Assembly (NCBI GenBank): GCA_964362425.1
Contig: CAYIEL010000001.1
Location: 1-41,478, forward strand
DNA length: 41,478 bases
From: an uncultured Candidatus Saccharibacteria bacterium
Lineage (GTDB): Bacteria > Patescibacteriota > Minisyncoccia > Phycocordibacterales > JACOZG01
Direction of reading: 5' to 3'
A program made the position numbers and the translations under genes. Of the stretch, positions 7,200 to 15,897 are shown in pieces. A model generated the notes under the pieces. It was not told the DNA's origin. It searched no databases and worked only from the letters and a program-made list of their open reading frames with translations. Every line of letters begins with the position of its first letter. The first letter of the stretch is position 1.

Positions 7200-9947
7200 C
7201 TACTTCCCCGCCATGGCGTGACCGCTTTTTACTTCACTGTTTACAATCACCTCGCGATTATCTTTCACTCTCCGCCCACCTTGGCGACCGCCATTGCGAT
7301 AAGCTTTAATCAATTCAATCGAGGGCTCACCATCTTTCATTGTCACTGTCACCACGCCGCCATTTGCCAACCGACGTCCGATGATAAACTCGGCAATTGG
7401 ATTAAGAATTTTCGTTTGGATTAGTCGTTTCAATGGTCGAACGCCATACTCGGGGCTGAAACCGCGTTCGGCTAGATAAGTCACCACCTCCGGCGCCACG
7501 GCCAATTCAATTTCTTTTTGACTCAACCGCGTCACTACTTGCTTGATTTGGATATCGACAATTTCTTTGATCGTCTCGCGCGAGAGCGGGTTGAAGATAA
7601 TAATATCGTCGAGCCGATTCAAGAATTCCGGACGAAAATAGTTTTTCAGATTATCCATAATTTTGCTTTTAATCTCGTCGAAGCTGGCCATCTCGCGATT
7701 GCCATCACCGCCATTGAAACCGATCTTCTGTTCCAACCGGTTGATATACTCGCTCCCGAGATTGGAAGTAAGAATAATGATCGAGTTTTTGAAATTGGCC
7801 ACGCGCCCTTTAGCGTCAGTGAGACGACCATTGTCGAGCACTTGCAAAAGCAAATTAAAAACTTCGGGATGAGCCTTCTCAATCTCGTCGAAAAGCAAAA
7901 CCGAGTACGGCCGATGACGCACCAGCTCGGTCAACGATCCACCTTCTTCGTAGCCGACATAACCGGGTGGCGAACCAATTAGTTTAGAGACCGAGTGCTT
8001 CTCCATGTACTCCGACATATCAATGCGGATCAGCGCTTTATCGTCGTTAAACATAAAGAGCGCGAGCGTCTTAGCGAGTTCGGTCTTGCCAACACCAGTC
8101 GGACCCAAGAAGATAAAAGAACCAATCGGCCGATCAGGATCACTGATCCCAGCCCGCGAGCGTTTGACGGCTTCGGCAATCTTCTTGATCGCTTCGGTCT
8201 GACCGCGCACGCGTTCGGCCAAAACCGTCTCCATCCGACCGAGCTTCTCGGCCTCTTCCTCTAGCATCTTCATCACCGGAATATGTGTCCAGCGAGCGAC
8301 CACGCGAGCGATATCTTCTTCGACAATCGCCTCTTTGAGAATTTGCCGCGAGCTCTGGAGTTTTTTCAAACGATCCGTTTTTATTTTTAGTTGGCGTTCC
8401 AATTCAGGAATTTTACTGTAACGAATTTCGGCGGCGCGAGTAAGATCAGCCTTCATCTCCGCTTGCTCGGCTTCCACCCGAAGCATCTCGAGTCCACCTT
8501 TCAACTCTTTGATTTCGGCAATCGCTTGTTTCTCATTTTTCCATTTGAGTTCGAGCTCCCCGGTCTTATCTTTAAGTTCAGCCACGGCTTGATCAATTTC
8601 TTTGATTCTAGTTCGCAACCGTTTATCATCCTTGATCGCCAATTCTTGATTGAGAGCTTCTTTCTCAACCTCTAAACGCATAATTTTAGTGTGCGCTTCT
8701 TCGAGAGCCGGCGGTTTATTTTCCAACTGAAGACGCAGAGCGGAAGAGGCTTCATCAATTAAATCAATGGCCTTGTCCGGCAAAAAACGATCAGTGATAT
8801 AGCGACTGGAGAGATTAACGGCCGCGACAATCGCGCCATCGGTGATGTGAATCCCATGATGAAATTCGTATTTCTCTTTCAGCCCGCGCAGAATCGCAAT
8901 AGCATCTTCGATACTCGGCTCTTCGACATAGACCGGCTGGAAACGGCGAGTAAAAGCTTGATCTTTTTCAATATATTTTTGGTACTCTCTAATGGTTGTC
9001 GCGCCGATCATCCGAATATCACCACGCGCCAGTGACGGCTTCAACATATTCGAAGCGTCAATCGACCCTTCGGCCGCTCCGGCGCCAATAATTGTGTGAA
9101 TCTCGTCGACAAAAAGAATAATTTTCCCTTCGGCGCGTTCAATTTCTTTAACAATATTTTTGAGCCGTTCTTCGAACTCACCGCGATATTTAGTCCCCGC
9201 TACCAACATTCCCAAATCAAGGGCAACAATCTCTTTCTGGCGGAGCGACTCGGGCACATCACCTTTGGCAATACGAATCGCCAATCCTTCGGCGATCGCC
9301 GTTTTCCCCGTCCCCGCTTCACCGATCAAGATTGGATTATTCTTGGTCCGGCGCGAGAGAATTTCCATAATTCGCTGAATCTCTTCTTCGCGCCCAATCA
9401 CCGGATCAAGTTTGTCCTTGCGACCAAGTTCGGTTAGATTCTTGGTGTAACGTTCAATCGCCCGAAACTTTTTCGTCTCGCCGACATCGCGAATTTTCCC
9501 CGATCGCAATTCTTGGAGAACGCGTAAGACCCGATCCTTCGTTACACGGAAACGGGTAAGAATCTCTTGAGTTTGATTAGGTGTCTCGAGCAAGCCAAGG
9601 ACCAGATGTTCAACCGAGACAAATTCGTCCTGCAAGTTGACCGCAATTTTTCCAGCAGCATCGAAAACGCGGACTAACTCTGGCGACAAATAAAGCTGGT
9701 AGGAAGGGGCCAAGACACCGCCACCCTCGGTCCCCTCAAGGTGATCGATCACGTAATCGGTAAGCATCGTGGTATCCACCTCAATCTTGTCGAGAATCGA
9801 GGCGAAGATACTCTCTTCTTGGAACAGCAGAGCGGCCAGAAGATGGAGCGGGTTGACCTGATTTTGGCCACGTTCAATTGCCAATTCTTGCGTCTTGCGA
9901 ATGGCTTCTTTGGCTTTCGAAGTAAAATTGTTAAATGGAGGTGGCAT
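7200..9947 (-). CDS. clpB: ATP-dependent chaperone ClpB
   Basis: Clp N domain, two AAA+ modules ([15 protein letters not shown] and [15 protein letters not shown]), and a long middle coiled-coil between them. Confidence 0.95.
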   Translation of the reverse strand: MPPPFNNFTSKAKEAIRKTQELAIERGQNQVNPLHLLAALLFQEESIFASILDKIEVDTTMLTDYVIDHLEGTEGGGVLAPSYQLYLSPELVRVFDAAGKIAVNLQDEFVSVEHLVLGLLETPNQTQEILTRFRVTKDRVLRVLQELRSGKIRDVGETKKFRAIERYTKNLTELGRKDKLDPVIGREEEIQRIMEILSRRTKNNPILIGEAGTGKTAIAEGLAIRIAKGDVPESLRQKEIVALDLGMLVAGTKYRGEFEERLKNIVKEIERAEGKIILFVDEIHTIIGAGAAEGSIDASNMLKPSLARGDIRMIGATTIREYQKYIEKDQAFTRRFQPVYVEEPSIEDAIAILRGLKEKYEFHHGIHITDGAIVAAVNLSSRYITDRFLPDKAIDLIDEASSALRLQLENKPPALEEAHTKIMRLEVEKEALNQELAIKDDKRLRTRIKEIDQAVAELKDKTGELELKWKNEKQAIAEIKELKGGLEMLRVEAEQAEMKADLTRAAEIRYSKIPELERQLKIKTDRLKKLQSSRQILKEAIVEEDIARVVARWTHIPVMKMLEEEAEKLGRMETVLAERVRGQTEAIKKIAEAVKRSRAGISDPDRPIGSFIFLGPTGVGKTELAKTLALFMFNDDKALIRIDMSEYMEKHSVSKLIGSPPGYVGYEEGGSLTELVRHRPYSVLLFDEIEKAHPEVFNLLLQVLDNGRLTDAKGRVANFKNSIIILTSNLGSEYINRLEQKIGFNGGDGNREMASFDEIKSKIMDNLKNYFRPEFLNRLDDIIIFNPLSRETIKEIVDIQIKQVVTRLSQKEIELAVAPEVVTYLAERGFSPEYGVRPLKRLIQTKILNPIAEFIIGRRLANGGVVTVTMKDGEPSIELIKAYRNGGRQGGRRVKDNREVIVNSEVKSGHAMAGK

Positions 9948-9959
9948 AGTTGTAATTAA

Positions 9960-10796
9960 TTATTGCCCGTAATTTTTTTGCATAATTTCGGGAAGAGCCG
10001 TTGTGATCACGTTAACCGGAATGGTGAAACCGGGCACCTTAATCAAGCCGACCACTTCACCTTTAATATTCATCAAAGGTCCACCTTGGTTCTCGGCACT
10101 CGCCGCATTGGTCATTATTAAAGGTGTAGATGAGGCGCCAGTTGATAAGAAACTGGACACGATGCCAACCGAGACATTGATATCCGGCCGATTAGAAAAA
10201 CCAAGGGCGACAACCGTTTGCCCAATAGAGATTGGTGTCTTAGCCAGAGTTAACGCTGACCACTTACCCTCGCTTGACGCCGGATCAGTGAGACGGAAGA
10301 AAATCAGATCTGGGGATGGTGAAAGGGCTGCCCCGGTTGGCGGTGTCGGAGTAGAAGCTAAACGAGCGAGAGGCACGGTCTGACCACCAGTCAAGATCGC
10401 CTGATAATTCGTGGTACTCGTCGCCGCGAGAATCGCGGCGCTATCCGCCACCAACACTCCGTTCGAAGCAACAAAGAAACCACTGGTTAAGAAATTTTTA
10501 TCTTTATCCGTTGCCCCTCCCACAATCCGCACAGTGCCGGGCATCGCACTGTTAATCACCTTCACAATTAGTTCCTCTTCGGTGACAATGACTGGCACTT
10601 CTTTAATCACCGGCGGCGGCGCTTGGCCGGGAACAATTTTTTCCACCGTTCGCTCGACAATCCGATTGATTGTCTGGGTTACGGCCGGCGGGGCTTGGTC
10701 CATCAAGGTTACCGTCACAATCCCCGTCGCGATCGAAGTGACGAAACTAACCAAAAGGACCAAGAGAACGATTTGATTTTTGTTTAGTTCTTCCAT
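9960..10796 (-). CDS. membrane-anchored HtrA/DegP-like trypsin-fold protein lacking a PDZ domain and with a degenerate catalytic triad
   Basis: N-terminal TM helix. The fold-level motifs TSGFFVASNGVLVAD, GQTVVALGF and NVSVGIVSS are present, but ENQGGPL replaces GNSGGPL and no His sits at the TNxHV position. Confidence 0.6.
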   Translation of the reverse strand: MEELNKNQIVLLVLLVSFVTSIATGIVTVTLMDQAPPAVTQTINRIVERTVEKIVPGQAPPPVIKEVPVIVTEEELIVKVINSAMPGTVRIVGGATDKDKNFLTSGFFVASNGVLVADSAAILAATSTTNYQAILTGGQTVPLARLASTPTPPTGAALSPSPDLIFFRLTDPASSEGKWSALTLAKTPISIGQTVVALGFSNRPDINVSVGIVSSFLSTGASSTPLIMTNAASAENQGGPLMNIKGEVVGLIKVPGFTIPVNVITTALPEIMQKNYGQ

Positions 10797-10840
10797 TATC
10801 TTGTTATTTTAAGTTATCTAGATGATATAACGATTATCTA

Positions 10841-11422
10841 CTATTTGTCAATGATTTTAAAGAAGGCATCAATGTATTCCGCCCGGCGGTTCTGATACTT
10901 GAGATAATAAGCGTGCTCCCAGAGATCTAAACCAAGAATTGGCGTCTGCCCCGTCGAGATCGGCGTGTCTTGATTGGCGGTATTGATAATTGAAAAGGGG
11001 CTTGCCCCGAGGGATTTATCCCGAGCAGAATCGAGGGAAGTCGAGGGGTTTTTGATTAACCACGTCCATCCAGAACCGAAGCAAGCCAAAGCCGAATCTT
11101 TAAATTGTTTTTTGATTTCTTCTGTCAAGGCTAAGCCTTGACTTGGCGAGGCAGGCGCCAGAATGTTCCAAAAGAAAGTATGATTCCAATGTCCCCCGCC
11201 GTGGTTGCGTACTGCTTCACGAATCGCTTCCGGTACCGCGTTCAGATCACCGAGTAATTCTTCCAACTTTTTATTTTGCAATTCGGGAAACTTTTCCAAC
11301 ACCGCGTTCAACTTATCAACGTAAGTTTGGTGGTGCTTATCATGATGCAACCGCATCGTTTGCTCATCGATGTACGGCTCAAGCGCATCATAAGCGTAGG
11401 GTAATGGGGGTAGGGTGTGCAT
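10841..11422 (-). CDS. sod: Fe/Mn superoxide dismutase
   Basis: LPYAYDALEPYID, HHDKHHQTYV, WNHTFFW and DLWEHAYY; all four metal-ligand positions are present. Confidence 0.9.
   Translation of the reverse strand: MHTLPPLPYAYDALEPYIDEQTMRLHHDKHHQTYVDKLNAVLEKFPELQNKKLEELLGDLNAVPEAIREAVRNHGGGHWNHTFFWNILAPASPSQGLALTEEIKKQFKDSALACFGSGWTWLIKNPSTSLDSARDKSLGASPFSIINTANQDTPISTGQTPILGLDLWEHAYYLKYQNRRAEYIDAFFKIIDK
11123..11142. repeat. GTCAAGGCTaAGCCTTGAC palindrome embedded in the sod coding sequence
   Basis: 19-nt perfect palindrome 11124-11142 encoding SQGLALT on the minus strand. Confidence 0.7.
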
Positions 11423-11428
11423 ACGACA

Positions 11429-11437
11429 ATTATATCA
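11429..11437 (-). promoter_or_regulatory. extended -10 (TGaTATAAT) 6 nt upstream of the sod ATG
   Basis: The minus strand reads tgtgatataat-tgtcgt-ATG. Confidence 0.45.
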
Positions 11438-11460
11438 CAAACCTTTTACGGCGGAGGGCA

Positions 11461-11495
11461 AAGGGCGGGGCTTGTAAAATACAAGCCCCGCCCTT
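11461..11495. terminator. 16-bp perfect hairpin between the surface-protein gene stop and the sod promoter
   Basis: aagggcggggcttgta-aaa-tacaagccccgccctt, 18 nt downstream of the stop codon of the 11513..13399 gene. Confidence 0.7.
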
Positions 11496-11512
11496 GTATT
11501 ATGCGCGATTGG

Positions 11513-13399
11513 CTACCGGAACAAGAGTGATCTCTGCAAATTTCGCAAAATCGCACTTAGAGCCGAGAGCGAATTGGCAAATTGGCTTTGGTTAGTAGGT
11601 AACAGGCCGGTCGTGGCCGGAGGGCAAGCCGGTAAGGTCTTGCCATTCCAACCACCATTAAGTAAATCAATGAAGGTTAAGAGATCCGCTGGCGCGAATA
11701 CTCCACTCCGATCAATATCGGTAGAATAAATTGGCAGAGTTTTAACGCCATTCAGAGCATCAATCAAATCAAGCTGGTCGGCCGGAGAAGTTGTCCCATC
11801 ACCATTCACGTCGCCGGGAAGAAAGCCGAGGCAGACGGAAGAATTAGACGGTTTGTGGGTAATTCGGATTCGTTCACCGGGCACATGGGCAAACACGTTG
11901 TTCCTACGAAAACTAAAACCGATAGTGTCGGGATCTTTTAGACCAAAATCCCCCGGCGTTAAACTGAGAAGAGATGTATTTGAACTAACGATTGATAGAT
12001 TGGGAATAATATCCGCTATGCTCACAGGACCAGAGAAATTAAGACTTACTCCTTCGTATGAATTACCATTCCAACTTCGCGCATCAATCGCACTATTTGG
12101 TGGATAGGAAGAAGTGATGGTGGGAATCGCTACCGGAACAGCGGAAATCGTAATTGGGAAAGTGTTGGTGTCTCGACCACCACGACAATCGGTAACAATA
12201 GCTGTTACAGTATATGTACCACTTTGTGAGTATGTATGACTAGTCGAAAAACTTGTCTGCGGTGAATTAGAAGGGCAAGTGCCGGGAGTTGGTCCTACCC
12301 CTTCGCCAAAATCAACACCCCAAACAAGATTATCATTATCTGGATCAGATGCTGACCAATTGAAACTGATTGGGACACCAACCGTAATGTTAGAAGGAAA
12401 TGCCGGGAAGCCATAAATCCGAGGCAAACCATTGTTGACTGTCCCTCCACCTACCGCCACGCTCAAGCTGGTGCGGACCGACTGGTTGGCATTGTCAGTA
12501 ACAGTGAAAGTCGGAGTGAAGGTGCCAGTGCGGGAGTAGGTGTGAGTAAAGGTCGCAGTTTGAACAATGCCCGAACTTCCCGATCCAGCCGTAGTCTCGT
12601 CACCCCAAATCACAGAATAACTCAACGCCCCATTCTCCGGATCGCTCGCACGCACAGACCATGTCCCACTCTGTCCGACATTTAACGTCGTCGGGCCAGA
12701 GACACCGGAAATAGAGGGCGGAAGGTTGTTAGAAGGTGGCAAATCATAAATCTTGAAATGAGAATCGCTACTATCTTTAGCTAAACTGTTGCCATTCCCA
12801 TCAATCGCCCGCACTTGAACAGTGTAAGCGCCACTAGGAATCACCACCCCGTTGAGGGCTTTGCCAACAGACCAACCGTAAGAAGAATGAGCTGTATCTG
12901 TTTTACCAATCAAGTAAGAAGCCGCGCCCACTGGGCAAGTTTGACCTACGGGGCAAGAACCGCCAGTGCTTGCGGCATTCAACCAAATTTCAATCGGAGT
13001 AATCTTGAACTCAAAACCGTATTTCCAAGTAATTTTTTGATAAGACCCTCTCTGCCAACCCTCCCCGCCATTTGGCGACACGACGGTAAGAAGAGAAACA
13101 GGGGTAGTGGTCGCATTACCGGCACATGGTAAACCAGTAACAGGATCATAAATCACGCCTGGCAAACAACCAGTTGCGTGGCCTGTCAATTGGGCAATCT
13201 GCTGAAGGAGTGCAGAAATCTGCTGTTGAAGATTAGCAATTGTTTGGTTAAGCTCCTGTATTTTAAGTTGGGAAATCTGGTTGGTTAACTGGCAAACCAT
13301 TAAATTCAGACTGCAAGTCGTCTGCGCGTTAGTTGCTACTGGAGTGATAAAAAACGCCAAGGCAATTAGACCGGCAATGACAAAGTTTCTTATTTTCAT
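11513..13399 (-). CDS. secreted surface protein: signal peptide, coiled-coil, Ig-like/PKD repeats, C-terminal dockerin-like repeats
   Basis: Start moved to MKIRNFVIAGLIALAFFITPVATNAQ (ATG 13399). Two PKD-like repeats (WGDETT...HTYSRTGTFTPTFTVTD; DFGEG...HTYSQSGTYTVTAIVTD). Dockerin pair GDVNGDGTTSPADQLDLIDALNG / DIDRSGVFAPADLLTFIDLLNG. Confidence 0.75.
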   Translation of the reverse strand: MKIRNFVIAGLIALAFFITPVATNAQTTCSLNLMVCQLTNQISQLKIQELNQTIANLQQQISALLQQIAQLTGHATGCLPGVIYDPVTGLPCAGNATTTPVSLLTVVSPNGGEGWQRGSYQKITWKYGFEFKITPIEIWLNAASTGGSCPVGQTCPVGAASYLIGKTDTAHSSYGWSVGKALNGVVIPSGAYTVQVRAIDGNGNSLAKDSSDSHFKIYDLPPSNNLPPSISGVSGPTTLNVGQSGTWSVRASDPENGALSYSVIWGDETTAGSGSSGIVQTATFTHTYSRTGTFTPTFTVTDNANQSVRTSLSVAVGGGTVNNGLPRIYGFPAFPSNITVGVPISFNWSASDPDNDNLVWGVDFGEGVGPTPGTCPSNSPQTSFSTSHTYSQSGTYTVTAIVTDCRGGRDTNTFPITISAVPVAIPTITSSYPPNSAIDARSWNGNSYEGVSLNFSGPVSIADIIPNLSIVSSNTSLLSLTPGDFGLKDPDTIGFSFRRNNVFAHVPGERIRITHKPSNSSVCLGFLPGDVNGDGTTSPADQLDLIDALNGVKTLPIYSTDIDRSGVFAPADLLTFIDLLNGGWNGKTLPACPPATTGLLPTNQSQFANSLSALSAILRNLQRSLLFR

Positions 13400-13489
13400 G
13401 ATACAAATGATTAACGAATTAAGACAAATAATAAAAGCTAACGAAGCCAACCTTCCCTAATCCTACACCCCTTTGAAGTAAAAAAAAAA

Positions 13490-13506
13490 TGGATAAGTTA
13501 TCCACA
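13490..13506. promoter_or_regulatory. inverted pair of DnaA boxes (TGGATAA-g-TTATCCACA)
   Basis: Perfect consensus 9-mer TTATCCACA at 13498-13506, abutted by an inverted near-consensus box. Confidence 0.5.
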
Positions 13507-13534
13507 CCTACTCCGAGCATCTGCATCTCTGCGC

Positions 13535-13562
13535 TTGACAACGGCCGAACGTTTACTAGCAT
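13535..13562 (+). promoter_or_regulatory. sigma70-like promoter TTGACA-16-TAGCAT
   Basis: -35 at 13535-13540 and -10 at 13557-13562, followed within 15 nt by a hairpin plus T-tract (13577-13618). Confidence 0.35.
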
Positions 13563-13576
13563 AGGGTATCATCATA

Positions 13577-13618
13577 AAAAAGACCCTGTTGCGGTTCCGT
13601 CCGCAATGGGGGCTTTTT
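13577..13618. terminator. bidirectional-looking terminator hairpin (AAAAAG...CTTTTT flanks, TTCCGT loop)
   Basis: Inner stem ttgcgg/ccgcaa (13589-13594/13601-13606), outer ccc/ggg and aaaaag/cttttt. Confidence 0.5.
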
Positions 13619-13714
13619 CTTTATGTTTTGTTGTTTCTGTATTCTAACTTCTTTCGTTGAGTATCTAGGTACTGCTAGTAGCAAGGACTCACCTTAATAT
13701 TAAAGCGAGAGCAG

Positions 13715-13723
13715 TTATCCACA
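13715..13723 (+). promoter_or_regulatory. DnaA box, perfect consensus TTATCCACA
   Basis: Identical 15-mer ttatccacacctact as at 13498-13512. It lies 21 nt upstream of a TTGACA-16-TATCAT promoter (13745-13772). Confidence 0.5.
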
Positions 13724-13828
13724 CCTACTTACAGATACAAAAGATTGACATGAGCGAGATGTTTGCTATCATAAAGATACATTCGGCGATTTGCCGCGGC
13801 CCCGCCCACAAGGCGGGGAATATTGGTC

Positions 13829-14218
13829 TTATTTGTACAACCTCCAGAAAAACTCTTTTACCCTCCTAAAATCTTCTTCATCTGTCACGCCTAACCGATT
13901 GGACAATCTTCGATAATCAATTGTTCTTAATTGATGTAAGCAAACGTACATATCTCGTCCTTCTTGTTTTATTGGCACATACCAAGTCCCCTCTTTCTTT
14001 TGAGAAGTGGTCGGAGCAACGAGAAAAAATCCTCGAGATAATTTTTTTATTATCAACCCTGGCCGAGAAAATAATCTGCTCTTGCCATTCATCTCCGAAC
14101 CAATATTTTCACCAAAACTCACCCACCACAAATCACGTTCTTTAACCAACGGCGGATCGTTATCGACATTATGAAGTTTTTCTTTAAGCCCTATCCATTC
14201 CAAAAATCTTTTGAGCAT
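13829..14218 (-). CDS. PemK/MazF-family-like toxin protein with no adjacent antitoxin ORF
   Basis: 129 aa with core ERDLWWVSFGENIGSEMNGKSRLFSRPGLIIKK. It is a clear paralog of the 36779..37171 product. Confidence 0.6.
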   Translation of the reverse strand: MLKRFLEWIGLKEKLHNVDNDPPLVKERDLWWVSFGENIGSEMNGKSRLFSRPGLIIKKLSRGFFLVAPTTSQKKEGTWYVPIKQEGRDMYVCLHQLRTIDYRRLSNRLGVTDEEDFRRVKEFFWRLYK

Positions 14219-14250
14219 AATGGTTATTATCTTATACTAAAAATTATTTC

Positions 14251-15372
14251 TTAAGCAATCCGCGCTCGTTTCAGAATCTCCGGTAAAATTTTGAGAACGT
14301 AATCCAGATCAGCTTTTTTGGTTTCGCGACTTAAGGTAAAACGCACGGCCGTTTGAGCATAAGTCGCGTCGTGACCCAAAGCGGTGATAACATGCGAGGC
14401 AGGTTTCTCTTGCGCCGAACAGGCGCTTCCGGACGCGGCGAGTACGCCACGCGCATCAAGATTCAAAACCATAAATTCACTATCTGCCTCCGCGAAACTA
14501 ACATTCACATTATTTGGTAAGCGGTTTGTCGCCGAGCCGTTGAGAGTTGTGCCGGGCAAAGCTAATAATTTTTTAATAAAATAATCGCGCAACTTGGCTA
14601 AACGCGCCGATTCTTTTTCCCGCGATCGCGTACACTTTTCAAGCGCTTGGGCGAAATTCGCCGCGGCCGACACATTTTCCGTGCCACTGCGTCGGCCGCG
14701 TTCCTGCCCACCGCCGTACAGAATCGGCTGCAGATTAATCCCCCGCCGCGCATAGAGACACCCACTACCCTTCGGTCCACCAACCTTGCTTGAATTTATC
14801 GTCATCAAATCAACTCCCAATCGCGCGGCATTAAGATCGAGAAATGGAGGAGCTTGGCAGGCGTCGGTGTGAAAGACACACCGTCGCCGAATTATTTTGG
14901 CAATTTCACGTAGCGGTTGGATAACGCCGATTTCGTTATTGGCATAACCGATCGAGACGAGAATTGTCTCCGGTCGCAGAGCTTGAGCTAATTCTTTCAG
15001 ATCAATCAGACCATCTGATTTAACCAGCAAATAAGTTACAGAGAAACCCTCATGCTCTAATTGCCGACACGATTCAAGAATCGAAGCATGCTCTATTTTT
15101 GTTGTAATGATATGAAATGTTAAACACCGAGTGTCGCACATTTTGTTTGACACTCGGTGTCGAGCTAATCCGAAAATCGCCAAATTATTCGCTTCCGTTC
15201 CGCCACTGGTAAAAATTATTTCATCACTGTGCGCGTTAAGCACCCGCGCAACCGTTTGTCGCGCTTCACTAAGTGTTTGCGCGGTACGCACGCCCGCACT
15301 ATGAATACTGGACGGATTATCGCTTCCAGCCGCCGCATCAAGGTTGATTAATCTCTTAGTTATCTTCGCCAT
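14251..15372 (-). CDS. cysteine desulfurase (NifS/IscS family) carrying an in-frame repeat insertion
   Basis: IIFTSGGTEANNLAI, the PLP-Lys context INSSKVGGPKGSG, and the catalytic Cys loop ASGSACSA. Confidence 0.9.
   Translation of the reverse strand: MAKITKRLINLDAAAGSDNPSSIHSAGVRTAQTLSEARQTVARVLNAHSDEIIFTSGGTEANNLAIFGLARHRVSNKMCDTRCLTFHIITTKIEHASILESCRQLEHEGFSVTYLLVKSDGLIDLKELAQALRPETILVSIGYANNEIGVIQPLREIAKIIRRRCVFHTDACQAPPFLDLNAARLGVDLMTINSSKVGGPKGSGCLYARRGINLQPILYGGGQERGRRSGTENVSAAANFAQALEKCTRSREKESARLAKLRDYFIKKLLALPGTTLNGSATNRLPNNVNVSFAEADSEFMVLNLDARGVLAASGSACSAQEKPASHVITALGHDATYAQTAVRFTLSRETKKADLDYVLKILPEILKRARIA
15118..15161. repeat. 44-nt palindromic repeat, copy A, inside the nifS-like ORF
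   Basis: tgttaaacaccgagtgtcgcacattttgtttgacactcggtgtc matches the reverse complement of 22075-22118 at 41 of 44 positions. 11-bp stem caccgagtgtc/gacactcggtg. Confidence 0.9.
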
Positions 15373-15378
15373 CTCCCC

Positions 15379-15428
15379 ATTCTAACGAAGCGCCAAAATT
15401 TTGCAAAAGTTCATTCTTTCGGTATAAT
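15379..15428. promoter_or_regulatory. back-to-back divergent promoters sharing one palindromic -35 hexamer, TTGCAA
   Basis: Plus strand: TTGCAA(15401-15406)-16-TATAAT(15423-15428). Minus strand: the same TTGCAA-16-TAGAAT (plus-strand 15379-15384), 6 nt from the nifS-like ATG. Confidence 0.5.
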
Positions 15429-15447
15429 TCGAAATAGCGCTTCGCTC

Positions 15448-15897
15448 ATGACTCTAACTCTCACTAATCTCTTAGTTATCGCTCTCGGACTGGTCATTAT
15501 TGGCTTAGCGGTTTGGTTGTGGCGAGTGGAGAGACGGATGGCCCGCCTCTTCACCGGTCGCGCCGGGCAGAATCTTGAAGAGTTGGCAATCAATTTTGGC
15601 AGTGAGCTCGCCGAGCTTGATCGTGCCCGGCAAGAAATTGAGAAGTTCCTCGTAGAGGCTAACCAACGTCTCTCGAGCTCGGTTCGCCATGTCCGCACTT
15701 TGCGCTACAATCCCTTCCCCGATCAAGGCGGAAATCAGAGTTTCTCCACCGCCTTACTCGACGAGAAGGGCAACGGCGTGATTATCACCGGCCTGCATGC
15801 CCGCGATACGATGCGCGTTTATGCCAAACCAATTCGCCAACGCGCCTCTGACTTTGAACTAACCATTGAAGAACAGGATGTGCTTAACCAAATATGA
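15448..15897 (+). CDS. DUF4446-family membrane protein
   Basis: N-terminal TM helix, then RYNPFPDQGGNQSFSTALLDEKGNGVIITGLHARDTMRVYAKP. The stop overlaps the infB ATG (ATGA). Confidence 0.7.
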   Translation: MTLTLTNLLVIALGLVIIGLAVWLWRVERRMARLFTGRAGQNLEELAINFGSELAELDRARQEIEKFLVEANQRLSSSVRHVRTLRYNPFPDQGGNQSFSTALLDEKGNGVIITGLHARDTMRVYAKPIRQRASDFELTIEEQDVLNQI

